Shown here piece after piece: positions 8,721 to 18,035 of a DNA stretch of 64,000 bases. Position numbers and translations under genes: made by a program. Position 1 is the first letter of the stretch. Every line of letters starts with the position of its first letter. The DNA is taken from positions 32,001 through 96,000 of IMG/VR virus record IMGVR_UViG_3300044712_000688; one strand, given 5' to 3'. The DNA comes from a virus. The notes beneath the pieces were generated by a model that was not told the origin of the DNA, did no database searches, and saw nothing but the letters and a program-made list of their open reading frames with translations.

Positions 8721-9662
8721 ATGTTTGATGACGAGATAGACAGCAAAAACTTAGCACCCGAATACATGATCGACGACCCGATCGACATGCGCGTTGACCT
8801 CAGCCAATACGGCATCGAGGAAGTGGACAAGGGCGTCTGCCAAGATACATTTGAGAACCGTGCTATTATTCGGCGAGCGCGTCTGATCTGGGACAGCGTT
8901 TATTCTATGAACGGAGTTCCAACGGGACTCATCCGCGTTCGTTCGAAGGAATCAATCGCCGAGAAGCGTCTACTATCTTTAGCCGAAAAGAAACCGATCC
9001 TTGCTGAACCGGACAACAAAAACTCCGACTTCATCACAGGCCTGGACCTCTTAGCGGAAACGGCGAGCGACTACTTGGTTCCTCCGTGGGTAGTTAATGC
9101 CACCCGTATGTACCTCAAGGAGCAAGAAGCCGGGGGACCTATGTCCCCGAAACGGAAACCGCTTGCCATGCCAGCTCGTTGCCGTCACATCAAGGATGAC
9201 GGTATACGTTGTATGCTTTGGTCTTCAGGACGTCCAAACGATGACGGCCTGTGCAGAGTACACCTCAGAAGCATCCAACATAAAACGACGGATGACATCG
9301 AACGAGCTCGTGCGAAGTTGATGCAGGCTGCACCGTATGCTGTAGACAAACTCGAAGAACTCATGGAGTATGCTGAGAGCGAGCCGGTAAGACTCAAAGC
9401 TGCAACGGAGATCCTAGATCGCGCTGGTGTAAGAGGCGGCGTGGAGATAGACACGAACGTCAACATTGATGTACGGCCAGCAGCTAGTGTCATTGCCGAG
9501 AGGTTGGACCGCCTAGCTCAAGGAGCGATCGCAACTGCTGCGAAGTTAGCGGATGCAGGTATTCACGTGTCTCCGGATAAAGAGATCATTGATGCTGATA
9601 TAGTCACGGATGAGAAAACGGAAGAGCGGCCTGCGCTTACTTCGGAGGAAGAAAAGAAATAA
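8721..9662 (+). CDS. Putative terminase small subunit-like protein (Zn finger plus VRLKAATEILDRAG)
   Basis: RCRHIKDDGIRC...GLCRVH finger and the helical A..VRL.AA..ILDRAG signature seen in TerS-like proteins. Confidence 0.45.
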   Translation: MFDDEIDSKNLAPEYMIDDPIDMRVDLSQYGIEEVDKGVCQDTFENRAIIRRARLIWDSVYSMNGVPTGLIRVRSKESIAEKRLLSLAEKKPILAEPDNKNSDFITGLDLLAETASDYLVPPWVVNATRMYLKEQEAGGPMSPKRKPLAMPARCRHIKDDGIRCMLWSSGRPNDDGLCRVHLRSIQHKTTDDIERARAKLMQAAPYAVDKLEELMEYAESEPVRLKAATEILDRAGVRGGVEIDTNVNIDVRPAASVIAERLDRLAQGAIATAAKLADAGIHVSPDKEIIDADIVTDEKTEERPALTSEEEKK

Positions 9663-9859
9663 TGAAAACTCAGGGAGAGATCCTCGAAGCGGCACGCGCT
9701 CTGTACGGGAACCTTAAAGCGGACATAGCAAATGCACATACACGGATCGAGCACATACGGATCACAACACTGACGCAGGAAGCTGCAAATCTTTTAACGG
9801 ATCTAGAAAATTTCTTTAGTGCGTCTACTGTGTTAGACTCAACGGGTGAGCAGATCTAA
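9662..9859 (+). CDS. Hypothetical protein
   Basis: ORF track, coupled start/stop. Confidence 0.65.
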   Translation: MKTQGEILEAARALYGNLKADIANAHTRIEHIRITTLTQEAANLLTDLENFFSASTVLDSTGEQI

Positions 9860-10679
9860 TAAAGCTTTAATAAGCGCGTTTATTGCGACGGCGAGGAAGT
9901 ACAACGGGTATACCTCCGAGCTCCTCGGACGTAACATCTTTGGCCAGCGGGTTGGCTATGACGCTCAGCCTTGGGCGGGTGCCTTCGTTGATGTTGTTGC
10001 CCGCGAGTCCGGCCTGCATCTACCATCTTTCACTTATGTGCCCGCGGGACTAGCGGCCTGCGTACGTACGGGGAACATCTCACGAACACCTCGAGCCGGT
10101 GACATTGCGGTATATGCATTCTCCAGCAACACGGCGAGCGCGTTCTCTTCCCCCCACTGCGGGATCGTAACCGACGCACGTAACTTCAAACGAACCGGTG
10201 AGTTCCTCGCGATCGAAGGGGACACCGTCGGGACGGGCGTCTACCAAAACAAGAACGGCGTGCACCAACGGATCCGATCTTTAAACGAAGTTGTTTTGTT
10301 TTGCCGGCCGACGGATCCAGGGAGAAGCGGCCTGCATCTTCTGACGAAGCTTGTTCAGAAGTTAACGGGGGGAGCTCCGGATCGAGTCGAGCTTCAAACA
10401 ATTAACGAAGCGGCGAGCGCACCTAAGGAGATCCGCCTTTCTAAGTTAACGACCGCACGTACCAAGAACACGGACATCGAACGGGTCCAGCTAGCGCTTT
10501 CACTTGTAACGGATCTCAAGGGAGCTGACCGCGGGAAGTGGGATGCAGCTACAGCAAGTGCATTCGCTAACTTCCAACGGACGATCGGCCGAGTTGGATC
10601 CGACGCATCCGGTGCTCCAGATCTTCCAACGTTGCAACGTCTATCAAAAGAAACGGGCCTGTTCACAGTCTCCGAGTAG
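9846..10679 (+). CDS. CHAP-like domain plus C-terminal peptidoglycan-binding domain (endolysin-like; catalytic Cys apparently replaced)
   Basis: QPWAGAFV, PRAGDIAVY, HCGIV, AIEGDT; C-terminal VQLAL...G.WD..T..A...FQR..G....G.PD..TL PG-binding helices. Confidence 0.75.
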   Translation: MSRSNKALISAFIATARKYNGYTSELLGRNIFGQRVGYDAQPWAGAFVDVVARESGLHLPSFTYVPAGLAACVRTGNISRTPRAGDIAVYAFSSNTASAFSSPHCGIVTDARNFKRTGEFLAIEGDTVGTGVYQNKNGVHQRIRSLNEVVLFCRPTDPGRSGLHLLTKLVQKLTGGAPDRVELQTINEAASAPKEIRLSKLTTARTKNTDIERVQLALSLVTDLKGADRGKWDAATASAFANFQRTIGRVGSDASGAPDLPTLQRLSKETGLFTVSE

Positions 10680-10697
10680 ATGAGATATAATTCACGT

Positions 10698-11351
10698 ATG
10701 ACGTCTGATCCATTGCTACTTACCAAGGAGAATTTCGCGCTCGCAGAATTCGAAGCTGAGGAGATCTATCCGAGGATCTTTGTTGTTCATGACTTTGTCC
10801 GGCCTGCAGAGATCGAGAAGCTCGAGCTCCAGTTCTCAACAATGAACGAAGAAGACTGGCGAGTCTCCTACACTGAAAGCTTGTACCGATTCATCGAGGA
10901 CCAGTACGGCGTGCGTACGTTTGAAGAAGCCCAGGCGCTAGGTCACCGGATCGAACTCGACGGCGAGTGGGTAGACAAGAATGCGATCATCCAGGATACG
11001 TCGTTGATGCAAACTTTAAACGAACGGCTTGCTAAGATCTTCGCCGGCCTCCCTGGCGTCGAGCTTCGCGGCGTGGGCTCCATCCAAAGACAATACGAAG
11101 GCGTGCGGCTTAACTACCACATCGACAGCGAGTCAAACCCGCGGGTCCTCTACGCATGCGTGCTTTACGTGAACGGAGACTTCGAAGGCGGCGAGCTGCA
11201 CTTCCCACGAATTGATGTGAAGATTAAGCCGGCTGCAGGAGATCTAATCATCTTCCCATCAGCGGATGACTATTTGCACGGCGTGCTTCCCGTAGAAGCA
11301 GGACCCACCCGATATGCTTTACCAGCGTTCGTCGACAAGCGAGAGGATTAA
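10698..11351 (+). CDS. 2OG-Fe(II) oxygenase (prolyl-4-hydroxylase-like)
   Basis: YHID...LYVNGDFEGGELHF...KP.AGDLIIFPS...HGV..V..G.RY; TATAAT at 10686-91 puts the start at ATG 10698. Confidence 0.9.
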   Translation: MTSDPLLLTKENFALAEFEAEEIYPRIFVVHDFVRPAEIEKLELQFSTMNEEDWRVSYTESLYRFIEDQYGVRTFEEAQALGHRIELDGEWVDKNAIIQDTSLMQTLNERLAKIFAGLPGVELRGVGSIQRQYEGVRLNYHIDSESNPRVLYACVLYVNGDFEGGELHFPRIDVKIKPAAGDLIIFPSADDYLHGVLPVEAGPTRYALPAFVDKRED

Positions 11352-11354
11352 CGG

Positions 11355-12053
11355 ATGTCACTAACCATCGAAGCTTTTACCCAAGCGGGTTATGAAGTTG
11401 AGGAGCTAGCTACAGAAGTCTGGGAAGTTAAGAACTTCATGAGCTCAGCGGACATCAAACTAATCATGGACTTCATTGAAACTTTGACGGAGGAGGACTG
11501 GATCGGTCATTACATGAACCACCTCCGCGACAAGGCGGAGAAAGAGTTCGGGACTCGCGACATCGAAACTCTTCAGAAGGAGGGCAAGATGGAGATCACT
11601 TTCGACTGGGCTGATAAGAACATCATGTTTCCTAATTCGGAAGTTGTTGGTCGTATCAACGAGGGCGTCAGCAAAATCATTTCGTACGACCCAAACCTTC
11701 ACTTCCCAGGATCTGGTACCATCCAACGTCAGTACGAGGGATCTGACCTCAAGGTCCATGTTGACAATCACGTAGACCCATACGTTGCGTACGCTGCTGT
11801 GATTTATCTGAACGACGACTACGTACATGGCGAGGTTATCTTCCCTGAGCAAGGCCTGGAGTTAAAACCAAAGCCTGGTTCGATGTTGATGTTCTCATCT
11901 GGAGAGACTCACCCTCATGGCGTTAATCCTCCTGGGCCTGGTCCTCTGCGTTACGTCCTCCCTTGTTTCATCAAGCAGCACGAGCTGCCTGAGGGATTCG
12001 TGCACAACCCAAGTCCAATGCACCTGAAGTACCAAACAACGAAGAAGTACTAG
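11355..12053 (+). CDS. 2OG-Fe(II) oxygenase, tandem paralogue
   Basis: VHVD...VIYLNDDYVHGEVIF...KPKPGSMLMF...HGV.....LRY. Confidence 0.9.
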   Translation: MSLTIEAFTQAGYEVEELATEVWEVKNFMSSADIKLIMDFIETLTEEDWIGHYMNHLRDKAEKEFGTRDIETLQKEGKMEITFDWADKNIMFPNSEVVGRINEGVSKIISYDPNLHFPGSGTIQRQYEGSDLKVHVDNHVDPYVAYAAVIYLNDDYVHGEVIFPEQGLELKPKPGSMLMFSSGETHPHGVNPPGPGPLRYVLPCFIKQHELPEGFVHNPSPMHLKYQTTKKY

Positions 12054-12163
12054 TGGCAGCTGTGACATGTGGCCACTGCAATGGCACTGGTTGGAACAAG
12101 GAAGACGCAGAGATCTGCAGGCATTGCTGGGGTTGTGGAGAAAGCTCTGCGCAGTTAACTTGA
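12053..12163 (+). CDS. 36-aa DnaJ-type zinc-finger peptide
   Basis: GTG start overlapping previous stop; CGHCNGTG...CRHCWGCG. Confidence 0.65.
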   Translation: MAAVTCGHCNGTGWNKEDAEICRHCWGCGESSAQLT

Positions 12164-12194
12164 CATTCGGCGAGCGCCGTGTTACAGTTACTCC

Positions 12195-12419
12195 ATGGGA
12201 AAATTAAAAGTTACTTCTTCGGAAGCCATGCGCTGGGTTAACCAGGCAGTTATCACTTTGAATGACGGGCGTACGGTGCCCATCGGGTTCCTCTCCGATG
12301 ACGAGGGGCCAGAGCTTGAGTCCTTGGTTATCTACGGAGCGGGCGTGCCCGAATCGGTCGAGAATGAAATCAAAGATATTCTCGCGGAGGTCGGCGCGGA
12401 TGCCAACAACGACTGGTAG
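12195..12419 (+). CDS. Hypothetical protein (leaderless)
   Basis: TTGACA-N17-TACAGT-N6-ATG. Confidence 0.7.
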   Translation: MGKLKVTSSEAMRWVNQAVITLNDGRTVPIGFLSDDEGPELESLVIYGAGVPESVENEIKDILAEVGADANNDW

Positions 12420-12681
12420 TTGCGGCGAGCCTTTCTGTGAGGTAGACTGTGAGCCGTTTGTCTGTAGGGACTGCGGCGAGAACACGCTACACATCGATGA
12501 GTACTACATGCTGACGGACACGGTCTGGGACTCGATCTACAAGAAGCGGCGTGGAATGCTCTGCATCGGATGTGTCGAGCAACGGCTTGGTAGGAAGTTG
12601 GTGCCCGCGGACTTCGCGGATGTCCCTCTGAACTACTTCCCAACTTTTTCAAAACGGCTTGCCTCCAGACGGATGAGCTAA
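12400..12681 (+). CDS. Zn-binding phage protein (CRDCG...YYM...VW...LCIGCVEQRLGR)
   Basis: Recognisable Cys motif family; ATG 12400 chosen over the ORF-track start. Confidence 0.7.
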   Translation: MPTTTGSCGEPFCEVDCEPFVCRDCGENTLHIDEYYMLTDTVWDSIYKKRRGMLCIGCVEQRLGRKLVPADFADVPLNYFPTFSKRLASRRMS

Positions 12682-12701
12682 ACTATTAACGAAAGAAACA
12701 A

Positions 12702-12884
12702 ATGTACGGATTTGAATACCTGGTAAAACCTTCAGCGGCGAGCTCTAACTTCGAACGAGTGATCGTCTTTGCTGAAGATGTAACGGATGCTGAGAAGCAA
12801 CTTGCAGCTGTAACTTTCAACGGACACCCCTTGGTGAGCTGGACCCTGAAAGAAAGTAAGATGCTTCTTGCGACAAAGAATTAA
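12702..12884 (+). CDS. Hypothetical protein
   Basis: GAAAG RBS, ORF track. Confidence 0.65.
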   Translation: MYGFEYLVKPSAASSNFERVIVFAEDVTDAEKQLAAVTFNGHPLVSWTLKESKMLLATKN

Positions 12885-13176
12885 AGACGGCCTGCGCCAG
12901 TACGTCGCGCAGTTCAAACGAGCCCCATGGTGGGTTAAAGTCATCGCGACTCTATGCATTGCTTATTTGGTTGTACCCATTGATCCGTTTGACATCATCT
13001 TTCCTTGGATGGCATTCAGTGATGACTTGTTCGTCGCGGGTCTGCTTCTTAAACTTCTTCACAAGTACGGTGCCATCCCAGGTGATGAGAAGCTAACGCC
13101 GGCGCAACTTCTAACGAAGATCTTGCCTCCCCGTAAGAAGAAGCTGCAGGATCGATCCGAATCATTCCGCGGGTAG
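12868..13176 (+). CDS. YkvA/DUF1232-family membrane protein
   Basis: AYLVVPIDPFDIIFPWMAFSDD motif. Confidence 0.75.
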   Translation: MRQRIKDGLRQYVAQFKRAPWWVKVIATLCIAYLVVPIDPFDIIFPWMAFSDDLFVAGLLLKLLHKYGAIPGDEKLTPAQLLTKILPPRKKKLQDRSESFRG

Positions 13177-13233
13177 TTGACATATCGGCATGCACATGCT
13201 ACGGTGGATACTACCTAGAGAAAGGGGTGTCCA

Positions 13234-13392
13234 ATGTATGGACTAGATTTCACCGACCCAGCTATCAAGAAGGCCTACCAACTGGGCTTCAATGACGGCC
13301 TGACCTGCGCGGTAGACAACGCGAAGGAATTCGAATACATCGACGACGAGCAAGCGGACGAGTTGCTGACTGAACTCGTAGACTTGAATTAA
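13234..13392 (+). CDS. 52-aa acidic protein
   Basis: GAAAGGGG RBS; MYGLDFTDPAIKKAYQLGFNDG... Confidence 0.7.
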   Translation: MYGLDFTDPAIKKAYQLGFNDGLTCAVDNAKEFEYIDDEQADELLTELVDLN

Positions 13393-13418
13393 CGGCGAGC
13401 ACCTGCTAAGGTATAGAT

Positions 13419-13619
13419 ATGACTACTAAACAACCATTCACTGTTTTATCGGGCGAGTCATTCACGGTGTTCGCCACTAGTGCTGATGAAGCGCTAGCCA
13501 AGTACTACGTATCCCAAGGGCACGTAGACGAGAACGAGTACGACGGCGAGCCGTTTGACTTCACGGACCTAGACAATGACGTCGAAGAATCAGAAACTAT
13601 GACGGAAGTGATTAACTAA
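13419..13619 (+). CDS. Acidic hypothetical protein (leaderless)
   Basis: TTGAAT-N17-TAAGGT-N6-ATG. Confidence 0.7.
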   Translation: MTTKQPFTVLSGESFTVFATSADEALAKYYVSQGHVDENEYDGEPFDFTDLDNDVEESETMTEVIN

Positions 13620-13855
13620 TGGAAACCAAGTTTGATGCAAAGAAGTACATCCAGAAGGAATACGGTTCCATCGTCGGTGCCAAGATTATCGGCGTGCGAC
13701 CGCTGTCGGCGAGCGAACTGGATGCCATGGGATGGTATGACGGTGCGTATGATGTCGCGTTTGTTATTCTCCTTGATAACGGGCAAGCACTCATCCCATC
13801 GATGGACCCAGAAGGTAACGGTGCTGGTCACGTGTTCTTGGAGCGTTGGAAGTAA
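13619..13855 (+). CDS. Conserved phage hypothetical protein (C-terminal PSMDPEGNGAG)
   Basis: ORF track; D.EGNG.G motif common in small phage proteins. Confidence 0.7.
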   Translation: METKFDAKKYIQKEYGSIVGAKIIGVRPLSASELDAMGWYDGAYDVAFVILLDNGQALIPSMDPEGNGAGHVFLERWK

Positions 13856-13876
13856 CTAACTAACGGGACAAGACTG

Positions 13877-13913
13877 AAACTTCCTACGAATTCGTTCGTG
13901 GGAAGTTTTCTTT
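13877..13913 (+). terminator. Terminator built from two inverted 13-bp motifs with UUCG loop
   Basis: aaacttcctacgaa-ttcg-ttcgtgggaagttt-tcttt. Confidence 0.75.
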
Positions 13914-13993
13914 TAAGCGGATCAATCGCCGGACCTGGCCCTAGCTAACTTCGAACGAATCACTATTTATTAACTGCAGTACGATTAGATTCC

Positions 13994-14281
13994 ATGAGAG
14001 CAATTGAACTCCACTTAATAGAGAACGAAGTCGACGCTGGTATGGCCATCGTGGCTGGACTAGTTACCCCTGAAGATCTAGCTGACATTGAATGCATAAG
14101 CTGCACTGAAGAAGTAGGTCAGTCGAGTGGTTCGTTCTATGCATATCTAATAGGCCTTGATGAGAAGTCACAATGGATAGTGTGCCTGGACTGTGCTCAG
14201 GATGCGATCAGTGCTGTACCTGTAAGTCCATTCTTAGATGAGGATCTTGATCCCCTAACTTTTGACGAAGACGATGACTAG
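13994..14281 (+). CDS. Acidic Cys-motif hypothetical protein
   Basis: CISC and CLDC pairs. Confidence 0.65.
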   Translation: MRAIELHLIENEVDAGMAIVAGLVTPEDLADIECISCTEEVGQSSGSFYAYLIGLDEKSQWIVCLDCAQDAISAVPVSPFLDEDLDPLTFDEDDD

Positions 14282-14408
14282 CTGCTGATCGATCTTCCGA
14301 AAAAAAAAATAAAAAAATCTTTGTTGGAAGAGTTGCGCTTTTGTCGCGACTTCGTGTAAAGTTGCTCTTGTCGGGAAAACGACACTCAACTACTGGAAAG
14401 GCACGAAA

Positions 14409-14915
14409 GTGAACCCAACAACATTCGGGGAAGTATCTTCCGAAATTGCTGACGCACTTGCCACTTCGCACGAAGAGGTAAGCAACAAGCCTCGCCTAAT
14501 GGGAATGGGCATTTACCTTGAGGCGCACGCAACCAACTCATACCCACGAACCACGCAAGTTCTGATTACCCCAAGTGGTAAGAATGAAAAGGGTGAGGTC
14601 GTAAGTATGGCTGTTATCTATCGCACCATTAGCGAGTTCTCACCTCGCGCTCAATGGCGCACTAACTTTGTTCGCACTCCAAAAGAGTTTGAGGCTATGT
14701 CGCCTGTTGATAAGGCTGTTCACCTCGCCTCGCGTGCTAACGAAACCACTGCGCGTATGTTCCCAGAGGGATTTACGCCACGACCACGACCAATCGTGTT
14801 CGAACTAACTGATGTTGATTTCAGCGACATTAGTTCTTGGAAAGCACCTGCGTCTGCGTTGCGCCGAATTACTAAAGCGCGTGCCGAAGTGGGCTACCCA
14901 GAAAACCTTTACTAG
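14409..14915 (+). CDS. Hypothetical protein
   Basis: GGAAAGG RBS, GTG start, own promoter. Confidence 0.75.
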   Translation: MNPTTFGEVSSEIADALATSHEEVSNKPRLMGMGIYLEAHATNSYPRTTQVLITPSGKNEKGEVVSMAVIYRTISEFSPRAQWRTNFVRTPKEFEAMSPVDKAVHLASRANETTARMFPEGFTPRPRPIVFELTDVDFSDISSWKAPASALRRITKARAEVGYPENLY

Positions 14916-14942
14916 GGAAATCGAAAAGGACGGAAAACTAAA

Positions 14943-15959
14943 ATGACTATCGAAACCAAAACCCACGAAGAAATCGTGGACGCAATCTACCCAGACCTGA
15001 CTTCACTGATTTTCGGTGTCGCTGTTCAGGGTGAGGACGAAACCAAAGTTCCTGCTGGTCTGACTTCGCTAATGCCGAAAAGTGGACGCGCAAATCTTCG
15101 CGCTAAGATTGGAACTGGAACTCCAAAACCAAAGGCAAAGGCAACTGTGAGCGTAGATGTAATTGAGGGCGCAGAGAAGTATCAGCGTCCAAATGGCGAT
15201 TTCTACTTCTCGCGCTCTTGGGGCGAACATTCAGATGTTGAGGTGCTACGCAAAGCACGCGCAAACAATCAGTATGTGCTTTTGTATGGTGCGCCCGGAA
15301 CTGGCAAAACTGCCCTAGTTGAGGGCGCGTTCCCTAACGAACTTTACACAATTCTTGGTTCAGGCGACACCGAACTTTCGGACTTCATTGGTGGCTATGT
15401 TCAGACCCCAAGTGGTTCGTTCGAATGGGTGGACGGCGTTCTGGTCAAGTCTGCCGAAGAGGGCAAAGTTCTTCTGATTGACGAGATTGGTCTGATTGAC
15501 CCAAAGGTTCTTTCGGCGGTCTATGGTCTAATGGACGGACGCAAGGAAATCGTAATCACTGCGAACCCAGAGCGCGGAACTGTAAAAGCAAAGGACGGCT
15601 TTTATGTGGTCGGCGCGACAAACCCCAATGCGCCGGGCGTGCGCCTAAGCGAGGCGTTGCTCTCACGCTTTTCCATTCAGGCTGAAATGACGACTGACTG
15701 GGCATTGGCTAAGAAGTTGGGCGTTCCTGCGTCTGCTGTTTCAGTCGCACAAAACTTGGCGAAAAAGCAAATGAATGGCGAAACTTCGTGGTCGCCACAA
15801 ATGCGTGAACTGTTGGCATACAAGTCAATCAGCGAAGTGTTTGGAACTAAGTTTGCGATTTCGAACTTGCTTGCGAGTGCGCCCGAACTTGACCGCCCTG
15901 TTGTGGCAGATGTTTTCACTCGCGTGTTCGGTGAAGAGTGTCGCCCTGCGAAGATTTAG
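14943..15959 (+). CDS. MoxR/CbbQ/CobS-like AAA+ ATPase
   Basis: Walker A LYGAPGTGKT, Walker B LLIDE, VVGATNP, ALLSRF. Confidence 0.9.
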   Translation: MTIETKTHEEIVDAIYPDLTSLIFGVAVQGEDETKVPAGLTSLMPKSGRANLRAKIGTGTPKPKAKATVSVDVIEGAEKYQRPNGDFYFSRSWGEHSDVEVLRKARANNQYVLLYGAPGTGKTALVEGAFPNELYTILGSGDTELSDFIGGYVQTPSGSFEWVDGVLVKSAEEGKVLLIDEIGLIDPKVLSAVYGLMDGRKEIVITANPERGTVKAKDGFYVVGATNPNAPGVRLSEALLSRFSIQAEMTTDWALAKKLGVPASAVSVAQNLAKKQMNGETSWSPQMRELLAYKSISEVFGTKFAISNLLASAPELDRPVVADVFTRVFGEECRPAKI

Positions 15960-15975
15960 TTTCCGTCCGAAACTG

Positions 15976-16015
15976 AAAAGCGAAGTGCCAGAGCAATCTG
16001 GCACTTTTGCTTTTT
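15976..16015 (+). terminator. Intrinsic terminator
   Basis: aaaagcgaagtgccaga-gcaa-tctggcacttttgctttt. Confidence 0.85.
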
Positions 16016-16244
16016 CGGGGGTCGCAGCTTTGGGGATCGTACGCATTACTTCCCACGAAGAATTAACAAAGCTTTGCCCCTGATCGACCATGGCCCAGGG
16101 TTCACCCGGGCACTAGTAATTAGGGATAGAGCTGCGCCGGACTTGGGATCGAAACTGGCCGAAATCTTTTTGGGAAATGGGGTTGCGCTCAATCGCAAAA
16201 GTGCGCTATCCTAAATGGGTAATCAGTTTTGGAAAGGACTGGAA

Positions 16245-18035
16245 ATGACGCACTACAAACCAACTTCGCGCCTCGCTACTCGCGCTGGCGCAACTCCGTC
16301 TGAATGGTTAGCAACTTGCGCCCAGATTGGTCAAGTCGCTAATGAGTGGGCTGGTCGTAATGACTTGGCTGTCTATGCTGGTGAGGACGCTGGTATGGGT
16401 CAAGCGATTGCTTGCTTTATTGGCGACACTGCTGAAATCGAAATCAACTTGGCTGGCGCGTTTGGAAAAGCAACCACGCCTGAAATGGTTGGCGACTTTA
16501 CACTTCGCGCAACCCAATACGAATGGGCAGAACCAACTGGCGTGATTTACCACGAGGCTCTTCACGCGCGTTCGTCTGATAAGTGGGATTACTCGCTCTT
16601 CGAAAGTGAACACAACAAGGGCAACCAAAATGTTCTTGACGCTTTCTGGTTGCTAGAGGAAAGTCGCATTGAGCGCATTGGCGTTTTGACTTACCCAAAG
16701 AATAGGCTCTTCCTGCGTGCGTCTGCTCTTGGTCTGGCTCTTGGCGAGATTGACGAAGAGGCATTGGCAAAGGCAAGCGAGGTTCGCGTAATGGCGCAAA
16801 TGTCTGGACTTGCTCTCGCTCGCGTGGACGCTGGCGTTGTTGGTCTGGCAGATGTTCAGAAGATTTACGAGCGTGCGCTTGATGTTCTTGGCGAAGAGTT
16901 GTTTGAGAAGTTGCGTTCTGTTTGGGTGCGTTTCCACGCTCTTCCAAATGGCGCGACTGTCGCTGGTCTGGACTTGGCACGCGAGTGGGTTGAGTTGCTA
17001 CGCGAGGCTGACCCAGAGGGCGAGAATGGTCAAGGTGCTGGAATGGCTTTCGTTCTCGCGACCAAAGGCGACTTGGAAGAGGACGCTGGTGGCACTGCGA
17101 TTTCTGTTTCGATTGACTTGGCTGACCAACAGACTGACGAAGAGTGGGCAGAAGAGGCAAAGGGTCGCGCAACCCAGAGCAAGAAGAAGAGCGAAGAGCG
17201 CAAGGTCGCTGAAATTATTTTCGACAAGCGCGAAGAGGGTTCTACTGGAACTAAGTCGCGTTCAGCACTTCGCGAAAAGCGTGCGCCAAAATCAGGTGAG
17301 CGTGCGAGTGCTGTGAAGATTGCCGAAATGTTGGACAAGGCGAAGTATCGTGAGCGTTCAGTTCACATTCGCAAAACCCACGAACCACTTGGCAAACTCA
17401 ATACTCGCAACGCTGTTCAGAATAGTGCTATGAAGTCAATGGGATTGCGTGGCGAACTTCCTGCTTGGAAGTCGAAGTCGCGCAAACACACTGACGACCC
17501 AACGCTGACCATTGGCGTAATGGTGGACATTTCAGGTTCTATGGGTTCGGCTATGGACGCTATGGCGACAACTGCTTGGGTGCTAAGTGAGGCTGGTCGT
17601 AGGGTTCAGGCGAAAACCGCTATGGTCTATTTCGGCGAAGATGTATTCGCAACTCTCAAGGTTGGGCAGAAGTTGGAAGAGGTTTCGGTCTGGTCTGCGC
17701 CTGACGGAACAGAGGTCTTTGATAAAGGGTTCTCGGCTCTCAATGGTGCGCTCGGTCTGACCTACTCGGACGGCGTGCGTTTGTTGGTCGTTGTGTCGGA
17801 CGGAAACTACACCCCGAAAGAAACCGCCAACGCGAAACGGATTGTGAAAGAGTGCGAACAGGCTGGCGTGGCTGTGCTGTTCATTACCCCAAAGGATTGC
17901 TACGGCACTGGCGCACGCGACATTACTAACGGCACGCACGCGGTTCACCTAGACGGAATGGCTGTCGAAAGTATCGCGCTGGAAATCGGCAAGTCTGCGT
18001 CTGACGCTCTCGCGAAAATCGGGGGTGGCGTGTAA
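16245..18035 (+). CDS. VWA-domain protein with N-terminal HExxH metallopeptidase-like region (CobT-like MoxR partner)
   Basis: IYHEALH, LEESRIE; MIDAS DISGSM, DGTE, VVSDG; start reassigned to 16245 from RBS and promoter position. Confidence 0.85.
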   Translation: MTHYKPTSRLATRAGATPSEWLATCAQIGQVANEWAGRNDLAVYAGEDAGMGQAIACFIGDTAEIEINLAGAFGKATTPEMVGDFTLRATQYEWAEPTGVIYHEALHARSSDKWDYSLFESEHNKGNQNVLDAFWLLEESRIERIGVLTYPKNRLFLRASALGLALGEIDEEALAKASEVRVMAQMSGLALARVDAGVVGLADVQKIYERALDVLGEELFEKLRSVWVRFHALPNGATVAGLDLAREWVELLREADPEGENGQGAGMAFVLATKGDLEEDAGGTAISVSIDLADQQTDEEWAEEAKGRATQSKKKSEERKVAEIIFDKREEGSTGTKSRSALREKRAPKSGERASAVKIAEMLDKAKYRERSVHIRKTHEPLGKLNTRNAVQNSAMKSMGLRGELPAWKSKSRKHTDDPTLTIGVMVDISGSMGSAMDAMATTAWVLSEAGRRVQAKTAMVYFGEDVFATLKVGQKLEEVSVWSAPDGTEVFDKGFSALNGALGLTYSDGVRLLVVVSDGNYTPKETANAKRIVKECEQAGVAVLFITPKDCYGTGARDITNGTHAVHLDGMAVESIALEIGKSASDALAKIGGGV

